The notes below the pieces were generated by a model. The model saw only the letters and a list, made by a program, of their open reading frames with translations, made no database searches and had not been told where the DNA came from. 64,000 nt of DNA from Chthoniobacterales bacterium (lineage in GTDB: Bacteria; Verrucomicrobiota; Verrucomicrobiia; Chthoniobacterales; JACTMZ01). The stretch spans positions 1,460 to 65,459 of the forward strand of contig JBIKLF010000010.1 of the NCBI GenBank assembly GCA_044359955.1, written 5' to 3'. A program made the position numbers and the translations under genes. Below, in pieces: positions 57,877 through 64,000 of this stretch; within the stretch, counting starts at the first letter, position 1; every line of letters begins with the position of its first letter.

Positions 57877-58496
57877 GTCCGTGGATCGTCCCTCGACCAC
57901 TCGCGGGTGTTGATCACGCGGCGTTCGAAGGGGGTGGCTGGGCGGATGAGTTTTTTGTTTTTTTTGGGAACGAATTGGTAGTGGGGGATGGCGTTGAGTT
58001 TGTCGTCGATTTCCCAAAGGTCTTCGTGGGTGGTGACCCAGTAGTCGCCCATGGTGCGGAGGTCGAAGGGGCGGGAGTAAGAGGCGAGGGTCTTCAGTCC
58101 GTCGTCACGGAAATATTCGTGGTAGTAGGAGAGAGCCAGTTCGCGGAAGGTTTTATAGATCGGGTCGCGGTAGCGGACGACGGCGTGGTTGGTTTTGGAA
58201 ATGGCACCCCAGCGGCCGTGTTCCTTGAAGAGCGCCACGACGTGCTCGTCGTCGAATTCGATGGTTTTGAGGTCGAGGAGCAAGGGTGGCTTGCCTTGCA
58301 GCCATAAGGCGGTGGCAGCGACGAGGGCGCCTTCCACGCAATGCGCTCTGCGTTCGCGCAGGACGCGGCGCGGCGACATGTGGGTGTCGCCGTGTTTTTC
58401 GAAATTGATCGGGATCCGGTCGAGGAAGTCCTGGATTTTGCGCGGGGTGGAGAGTCGGCGCAGGATGGCTTGCTCCTTTGGGGTGAGGCCGAACAT
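57873..58496 (-). CDS. Transglutaminase-like (vasohibin-like) Cys protease, uncharacterised
   Basis: HCVEGA..HVVALF..GRWGAISKT..YRDPIYKTFRELALSY. Confidence 0.65.
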   Translation of the reverse strand: MFGLTPKEQAILRRLSTPRKIQDFLDRIPINFEKHGDTHMSPRRVLRERRAHCVEGALVAATALWLQGKPPLLLDLKTIEFDDEHVVALFKEHGRWGAISKTNHAVVRYRDPIYKTFRELALSYYHEYFRDDGLKTLASYSRPFDLRTMGDYWVTTHEDLWEIDDKLNAIPHYQFVPKKNKKLIRPATPFERRVINTREWSRDDPRT

Positions 58497-58586
58497 GGGG
58501 GGAAGATAGCAAAGCGGCGTCAAGCCGCCGCACTCCAAAATGGACCGGGAGCCGCCGCGGCCCGGCCGGCGGCAGCCAACGGTCGT

Positions 58587-58615
58587 TTGACAAGCGTGCC
58601 GTGCGCGCTTAGACT
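58587..58615 (+). promoter_or_regulatory. Sigma70 promoter of ssrA
   Basis: TTGACA-17 bp-TAGACT. Confidence 0.75.
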
Positions 58616-58626
58616 CTTACTCGTAA

Positions 58627-58979
58627 GGGGGCGTATATGGTTTCGACTTATGGTGCGAAGCGACGTCTGCATGCCGAGGATGATTCGTTGGCCTCGTTAA
58701 AAATCGGATCAAAAAAATAACAGCAGAGAACGAAGATCTCGCTCTCGCGGCTTAAACGCCCGCGACGGCTTCCAGTTGACGCCTGCTAGGCGGGAAGCCG
58801 ACGACAGCAGGCAACTCGGCGTCGGGATCGACCGCTGCCGCCGGGGATCTTCTCGTGGACGATAGGACGAGGGTAGCGTGCGGCCGAGCAGCCCAAGTCC
58901 GAATACTCACCGGCCGCTAAGCATGTAGTAGGCGGCGTTCAGCGGCATGAGGACAGGGGTTCGACTCCCCTCGCCTCCA
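58627..58979 (+). ncRNA. ssrA: tmRNA (tag AENEDLALAA at 58723-58755)
   Basis: 5' GGGGGCG pairs with 3' CGCCTCC-A (G3:U pair); GGTTTCGAC; T-arm GGGGTTCGACTCCCC; tag ends ALAA*; CCA not encoded. Confidence 0.95.
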
Positions 58980-58982
58980 GCC

Positions 58983-59084
58983 TTCGCTCGCCGGAGGCGA
59001 GACTACGGCTTGGCAAGCCAGCTTGGGACTGCATTCGCTCGCCGGGGGCGAGACTACGGCTTGGCAAGCCAGTTTGGGACTGCA
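58983..59084. repeat. 2 x 51-bp tandem repeat downstream of tmRNA
   Basis: TTCGCTCGCCGG.GGCGAGACTACGGCTTGGCAAGCCAG.TTGGGACTGCA twice, 2 mismatches. Confidence 0.9.
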
Positions 59085-59100
59085 TGAGATCGGAGATGTG

Positions 59101-59343
59101 ATGTTCCATTATGTTTATATTTTGGTTAGTGAAAGCGACGCTGATCGCCACTACGTTGGGTGCACCACGGATTTGCCGGGGCGGCTGGCCCTGCACAATG
59201 AGGGCAAGGTTAGTCACACGGCCAAACACAAGCCTTGGCGTGTGGAAACGGCGGTTGCTTTCCGTTGCCAAGAAAAGGCTTTCGCCTTTGAGCGGTATCT
59301 CAAGTCCGGTTCCGGGCGCACATTTTCCAGGCGGCACTTGTGA
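59101..59343 (+). CDS. Stand-alone GIY-YIG nuclease
   Basis: YVYIL..HYVGCT..R..HN..T..KPW..FERYLKSGSGR. Confidence 0.88.
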   Translation: MFHYVYILVSESDADRHYVGCTTDLPGRLALHNEGKVSHTAKHKPWRVETAVAFRCQEKAFAFERYLKSGSGRTFSRRHL

Positions 59344-59419
59344 CAAGCTTTCGCGCGGCGCGTTGAGCCAGTGGGCCTACCAGGGAGAACGGCTGGGGAC
59401 GGCGCTGCTCCAGGGTGAC

Positions 59420-59683
59420 TCAGGAATGTTCGAGTTGGCGATTGAAGTGGCCGCGCGTCCAGCGGAAAAGAAAAAGAACCACGGGGAGGAGGCAGGCACT
59501 CACGGCCATGACAAAGGCTTCAGCTTCCCAACCTTGCTTGATCAGGTGATCGAAGAGAACGAGGCCGAGGATGAGCAGACCAATGAAGCCGACGAGCATG
59601 CCGAGTGGCATGAGCACGGATTGGAAGATGGCGCTTTCGCGCTGGCGGGAAAGCCGTTTGGAACGCGGGGTAAATCTGGCCAC
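59420..59683 (-). CDS. Small hypothetical membrane protein
   Basis: 87 aa with two hydrophobic segments; fits an intergenic gap. Confidence 0.5.
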   Translation of the reverse strand: MARFTPRSKRLSRQRESAIFQSVLMPLGMLVGFIGLLILGLVLFDHLIKQGWEAEAFVMAVSACLLPVVLFLFRWTRGHFNRQLEHS

Positions 59684-59759
59684 AGGTCGGCGTTATTTCC
59701 CACTAAACGAGACCAGAAGCCGCCTTTCGTCAAATCGGAAAATGATGTTCCAAAGCAGC

Positions 59760-60137
59760 CTACTGCAAAATACGGATGGTCAGGGGATAGCGGTATTCCT
59801 CGCCGTTGCCAGTCTTCACCGCGGCAATGATCATGAAGACAATCCAGAGGATGAAGATGACGGGGAGAATGAGGAGTCCGATCAGGACAAAGCAGAGAAC
59901 GCCGGCCAGAGCGGCGTAAAGGGTGTAGCTGATCTGGAAGTTGAGGACTTCCTTGCCGGTGCGGTCAAGGAGGGGACTGTCCGAGCGTTTGATCAGCCAG
60001 AGGACGAGCGGGGCGATGATGTTGCCGAAGGGGAAGACGAAGCCGGCGAAGCCGAGGAGTTGCGTGACCACGGCGAGGGAGTTGTCGGTGGTGGGCTGGT
60101 TCGATGGCGCGGGAAGGGGCGGTGGCTGATTTTCCAT
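59760..60137 (-). CDS. DUF4870 membrane protein
   Basis: GNIIAPLVLW..GKEVLNFQIS..YRYP. Confidence 0.85.
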   Translation of the reverse strand: MENQPPPLPAPSNQPTTDNSLAVVTQLLGFAGFVFPFGNIIAPLVLWLIKRSDSPLLDRTGKEVLNFQISYTLYAALAGVLCFVLIGLLILPVIFILWIVFMIIAAVKTGNGEEYRYPLTIRILQ

Positions 60138-60267
60138 AGGGGTGAGATCGTTTTTTGGGGCGTGGGTGTCAATGCGGAAAGGCGTGAAGAGAGGGATGAG
60201 ACTTGAGTTGGAAACTTGAGTGAAAGGGTGCGGTCCGCTGGCCAGCGGACCCTACCGATGGAATTGA

Positions 60268-62013
60268 TCAGCTTTCGTTGAGCAGGCCGGTGCCGGCGCA
60301 GAGTTTGGCGTAGAGGCCACCGCGGGCCAGAAGCTCTTCGTGTTTGCCGCGCTCGACGATGCGGCCTTGGTCGAGGACGAGAATCTGGTCGGCGTGGCGG
60401 ACAGTCGAAAGACGGTGGGCGATGACAAAGCTGGTCCGTTTTTGCAGGAGGCGGTCGAGGGCCTGCTGGATGAGCTTCTCGGTGGTGTTGTCGACGCTGG
60501 CGGTGGCTTCGTCGAGGAGGAGAACGGGTGGGTCCTTGAGCAGGGCCCGGGCGATGGAAATGCGCTGCTTTTCGCCGACGCTCAAGCGCACGCCGCGTTC
60601 GCCGACTTCGGTGTCGAGTTGTTGGGGAAGTTTTTCCACGAAGGATGCGGCGTTGGCGGCGCGGAGGGCGGTCCAGAGTTCTTCGTCCGTGGCGTCCGTT
60701 TTGCCGAAGCGGAGGTTGTCGGCCACGGTGCCGTTGAAGAGGAAACTTTCCTGGGAGACGAGTCCGACCACGCGGCGGAGATCTTTTTTGGCGAAGTCGC
60801 GGATGTCCTGGCCATCGAGCGTGATGCTGCCGCCGGTTGATTCGTAAAAGCGCATGAGGAGTCCGACGAGGGACGACTTGCCTGCGCCGGTGGGTCCGAC
60901 CAAGGCGACGGTTTCCCCGGGCTTGGCCGTGAGGTTGATCTCGTGGAGGACGTCGGGTCCGTCGCCGTAGGCGAAGCGGATGTTTTCGAATTTTATTTCG
61001 CCGTGGAGCGGGGACGGGAGAGGGGTCTGGCCGGCGTCCGGTTCGGGCGTGGCGTCGAGGATGTCGAAGACGCGTTTGCCCGCGGCGCGGCCGGCCTGGA
61101 TGATTTGGTTGAGTTGGTGGAGGCGTCCGACCGGCTCGTAAAGAAAGCGGACAAGGACGAGAAAGGCGACGAGAACGCCGAGGTCGAGTTTGCCCTGGAG
61201 GGCGGCCCAACCGCCGTAGCCGAGGACGACAAGGCTGCCCAGAGAGGAAAAGAAATTCATCCCCGGGTTGTAGAAAGCCCAGGCGCGCATGACGACGAGG
61301 GTGGCTTGGCGGAGCTTTTCGCTCGTGGTGTTGAAGCGTTCGTGTTCGGCGGTTTCGCGGGCGTAGCCTTTGATTTGGCGGATGCCGTCGAGGTTGTCGT
61401 GCAGGAGGGAGTTGAGATCGGAGGCGGCGCGGCGTTGCACTCCGTAGCGTTGGCCGGCCGTGAGGGTGTAGGCGAGGGCGCCGGCGATGAGGAAAGGGAC
61501 GGGAGTAAGCGCGCAGAGGGCGAGGGAGGGACTCCACCAGAGCATGAGACCGAAGACGACGGCGATCTGCAGGATGGCGACGGCACCTTGTTCAATGCCG
61601 TCGATGAGGACACGTTCGACACTGCCGACGTCCTCGACCACGCGGGTCATGATGTCGCCGGTGGCGCGGTGGTCGAACCAGGTGAGGGGGAGAGATTGCA
61701 GCCGTCCGTAAAGGTCGCTGCGCAGATCGAAGAGGACTTTTTGTTCGAAGGTGTTGTTGAGGAGAATACGCAGGGTGTTGAGTCCGTCCTGGGCGAAGAA
61801 GCCGAAGGCCGCGAGCGCGATCATCGGCCAGAGCGCGTCTGTGTTGCCGCCGCGCAGCACATCGTCGATGATGCGTTGGGTGACGACCGGAAAGATGACG
61901 ACCATAACGGAGGCGCCGAGCGCGCAGAGCAGGGTGGCCGCGGCGAGCAGCGGATAGCGGCGGAGGTAGGCGAAGACGCGGGCGAGGATGCGCGGGGATT
62001 GGTCGGACGACAT
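60268..62013 (-). CDS. ABC exporter, fused permease/ATPase (MsbA-like)
   Basis: TM domain plus GPTGAGKS, LSVGEKQR, LDEATAS, IAHRLST. Confidence 0.92.
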   Translation of the reverse strand: MSSDQSPRILARVFAYLRRYPLLAAATLLCALGASVMVVIFPVVTQRIIDDVLRGGNTDALWPMIALAAFGFFAQDGLNTLRILLNNTFEQKVLFDLRSDLYGRLQSLPLTWFDHRATGDIMTRVVEDVGSVERVLIDGIEQGAVAILQIAVVFGLMLWWSPSLALCALTPVPFLIAGALAYTLTAGQRYGVQRRAASDLNSLLHDNLDGIRQIKGYARETAEHERFNTTSEKLRQATLVVMRAWAFYNPGMNFFSSLGSLVVLGYGGWAALQGKLDLGVLVAFLVLVRFLYEPVGRLHQLNQIIQAGRAAGKRVFDILDATPEPDAGQTPLPSPLHGEIKFENIRFAYGDGPDVLHEINLTAKPGETVALVGPTGAGKSSLVGLLMRFYESTGGSITLDGQDIRDFAKKDLRRVVGLVSQESFLFNGTVADNLRFGKTDATDEELWTALRAANAASFVEKLPQQLDTEVGERGVRLSVGEKQRISIARALLKDPPVLLLDEATASVDNTTEKLIQQALDRLLQKRTSFVIAHRLSTVRHADQILVLDQGRIVERGKHEELLARGGLYAKLCAGTGLLNES

Positions 62014-62219
62014 TGGGAAGGAAACAGTAAAGGGTCCCGGGCGGCTGGGCGAGATGTCCCTCGCAGGGGAAAAAGGAGGAGAAAGAGAAAGGCTGAGGCC
62101 TGAAACTTGAAACCTGAGTGAGGGGTGGATCGCGCCGTTTGGCGCGATTTTTCAGGGGGCAACGCCGTCTCGGCCGTGTTGTCTGGTCGTGACGGGCGGG
62201 ACGCCGATACGCATCAACC

Positions 62220-62331
62220 TAAAACCGTAGTTGAAAGTTGAACGTTGAGAGCCGAAGCAAAGCGGAGACGGCCGGAGGCAATTTATGGTTGAGCGCCGGC
62301 GCTCATCACTCAACTTTCAACTACGGTTTTA
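62220..62331. repeat. 22-bp perfect inverted repeat enclosing a dispersed repeat
   Basis: TAAAACCGTAGTTGAAAGTTGA / TCAACTTTCAACTACGGTTTTA; interior matches 45283-45338 (inverted) and about 27153-27192. Confidence 0.8.
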
Positions 62332-62483
62332 CGCTCAACACGATAAGCGAATAATCCCACACTTGAGTAAGTAAATTGTCGATACACGAAAGGGGCAAAC
62401 TCAAGATCCATGGCTGCGCCTCACCGGAATGCCCGGAGTGCGTCAGTCAGGCAGAACCACTTTTACAGACAGATTGTTGCACT

Positions 62484-62670
62484 GCCCGAGCAATCGCACG
62501 GCACCGGGTTGTGCAATCAGCACTGAAACCCAAGACACTCAATAACGAAGGGTTCATGATACCGTGGGACTTCGCGGAAGCAGGAAAATGACAACCGCCG
62601 GATGCGGAAAACCGCACGTCCGGTGGTGTGGGAGCCTTGACGGGTGAAGCTCCCGTCAAGGCCAACCAAT
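62484..62670 (+). mobile_element. Group II intron (class C-like) 3' remnant: maturase tail plus domains V and VI
   Basis: DV ACCGCCGGATGCGGAAAACCGCACGTCCGGTGGT with CGC triad and AC bulge; DVI 11-bp stem ending ..CCAAT; upstream peptide RHRVVQSALKPKTLNNEGF..*. Confidence 0.8.
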
Positions 62671-62680
62671 TCTTGGGGAG

Positions 62681-63091
62681 TTACTGCGGCGGGGCGGTTT
62701 GGCGGGCGGCGCGGATTTGGCCCTCGGATCCGGTGAGGACAAGTTCATGGCCCTCGATCGACCACGCGGTGGCGGCGGTGAGCACGGCGAGGAATTTGTG
62801 CTCTTGCTGCATGATGTCCGGCTCGCAGGCACGCCGCGTGCTGCGGAGCGGGCCGACTTCGATTTTGTCGCCCTCGATTCGGCAAGCGCCGCCGAAGCGG
62901 TTGCAGGAGCCGTCGCCGGCGATGTTGCCCTCGTTGTCGAATTCGAAGGTGATGGGATGATCGGCCAACGGAGTTTGCCCGGCGAAGGTGATCACTTTCC
63001 AGGCGCTGCCGGGAAGGGTGAGGGATGTTGCGTTGGTTTCCATGGCTAGGGCGGTGGATGTGATCAGAAGGAGGGAGAGCAAGCGTTTCAT
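62681..63091 (-). CDS. META-domain (HslJ-like) secreted protein
   Basis: W..ITFEF..GDGSCNRFGG..STRRAC..QE..FL. Confidence 0.85.
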   Translation of the reverse strand: MKRLLSLLLITSTALAMETNATSLTLPGSAWKVITFAGQTPLADHPITFEFDNEGNIAGDGSCNRFGGACRIEGDKIEVGPLRSTRRACEPDIMQQEHKFLAVLTAATAWSIEGHELVLTGSEGQIRAARQTAPPQ

Positions 63092-63136
63092 GTGCGGAGT
63101 TTGCGGTGTTCAGTTTTCAGTGTTCAGTGAAAGGCA

Positions 63137-64000
63137 TCAAGCCAGCGCTTGTTGGGCGGTTTTGAAATGGAGTTTGGCGGTGGCGCGGAGGGCGTCGGGG
63201 CCGTGCTGGTGGACGAGGGTGCGGGCGGCTTCGAGCACAGCGGCGGAGGCGCCTTTGGGGAATTTAACCCCCCATTTTTTTTCGGCGTCGGCCAGCCAGT
63301 CGATGAACTTTTCGCGGGCCAGGATGGAGGCGGCGGCCACGGCGTAGTCGCTTTCCGCTTTGGTTTGCTGGCGCAGTTCGATTTTGCGTCCTTTGGCCAT
63401 CAGCGCGCGTTGCAGCACGGTCGGGTTGGCGAATTGATCGCTCAGGGCGGAGGGACATCCGGGTTTGCGTTCGCAGAGGTTTTCGATGACGCGCGCATGG
63501 CCCCAGGCGAGGAGGCGGTTGAGGTTGCCGATTTTTTCGTAGAGCGGGTTGTATTTCTCCGGCGAGACAACGATCACCTCGCTGACCACGCCGGGGGTGG
63601 CGCGGATGACGTCCGCCATTTTGCGGATTTGCGCGTCGGAGCCGATCGATTTGCTGTCGCGGATGCCGGCTTCGAGGAGTTGGCGGGCGATGGTGTCGTC
63701 CGTGTAGGCGCCCGCGATGACGAGCGGACCGAAGAAGTCGCCCTTGCCGCTTTCATCGATGCCGAAGTGCGGGGTGAAGCGTTCCGGGTGGTGGAGGTCC
63801 TCGTAGCCGAGGCGGGCTTCGCCGAGGACTTCGGGTTCGAGGGTGAACTGGATGAAGTCTGCAGTCTCCTTGCCTTGGATCACGGCCTTCGGGCCTTTCT
63901 CATAGACCGCCACGGTGAGGCCGGGCTTTTGGCCGAAGTAGAGGGTGTAGGGACGCGGTTCGAATTTGAATCCCTGCCGTTCGAGGATGCCGCGGAGGGT
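63137..64000 (-). CDS. rnhC: Ribonuclease HIII (5' end outside the window)
   Basis: N-terminal TBP-like part, GIDESGKGDFFGP, DSK, DQF, VAAASILAR, KLHF. Confidence 0.9.
   Translation of the reverse strand, partial: TLRGILERQGFKFEPRPYTLYFGQKPGLTVAVYEKGPKAVIQGKETADFIQFTLEPEVLGEARLGYEDLHHPERFTPHFGIDESGKGDFFGPLVIAGAYTDDTIARQLLEAGIRDSKSIGSDAQIRKMADVIRATPGVVSEVIVVSPEKYNPLYEKIGNLNRLLAWGHARVIENLCERKPGCPSALSDQFANPTVLQRALMAKGRKIELRQQTKAESDYAVAAASILAREKFIDWLADAEKKWGVKFPKGASAAVLEAARTLVHQHGPDALRATAKLHFKTAQQALA

Noticed and set aside
58983-59084. Possible mini CRISPR array
   Set aside because: Two adjacent 51-bp units with no spacer; no cas genes.
58627-62013. Prophage or genomic island integrated at ssrA
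   Set aside because: No integrase, no phage genes and no duplicated tmRNA 3' end seen in the window.
62376-62591. 71-aa ORF with CPEC as a real gene
   Set aside because: Its 3' half is the intron maturase remnant; the 5' half has a weak TTG start and no support.

Overview
GC-rich chromosomal window, most likely from a verrucomicrobium (PEP-CTERM protein, RNase HIII, tmRNA tag AENEDLALAA; taxonomy is inferred). Housekeeping genes (rarA, proA, acyP, polyprenyl synthase, radC, lpxA, gyrA, mrpA-G, ald, ssrA, rnhC) alternate with accessory modules. These are a sulfatase/beta-barrel/HAD operon, a photolyase trio with an inverted-domain photolyase, a roughly 15 kb sugar-acid catabolic cluster with a fused E1 2-oxoacid dehydrogenase, three toxin-antitoxin pairs, a decayed defence islet (AbiE, HsdS stub, excisionase-like stub), two AAA-DUF4143 paralogs, a tmRNA-linked GIY-YIG gene and a group IIC intron remnant. 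Intergenic DNA is dense with several REP-like families, and several accessory genes sit between direct repeats made of a REP plus duplicated host sequence. Best candidate for a new system: an apparent two-gene unit (47281-46768, minus strand). A Cys-rich secreted ORF ending in RPPVPPPRA is followed by an attenuator-like 1-2-3-4 RNA segment, then a 43-aa secreted metallothionein-like peptide and a terminator. A vasohibin-like Cys protease is also notable. No CRISPR array, rRNA, tRNA or intact integrase/transposase was seen. All calls come from reading the sequence by eye; no searches were run.
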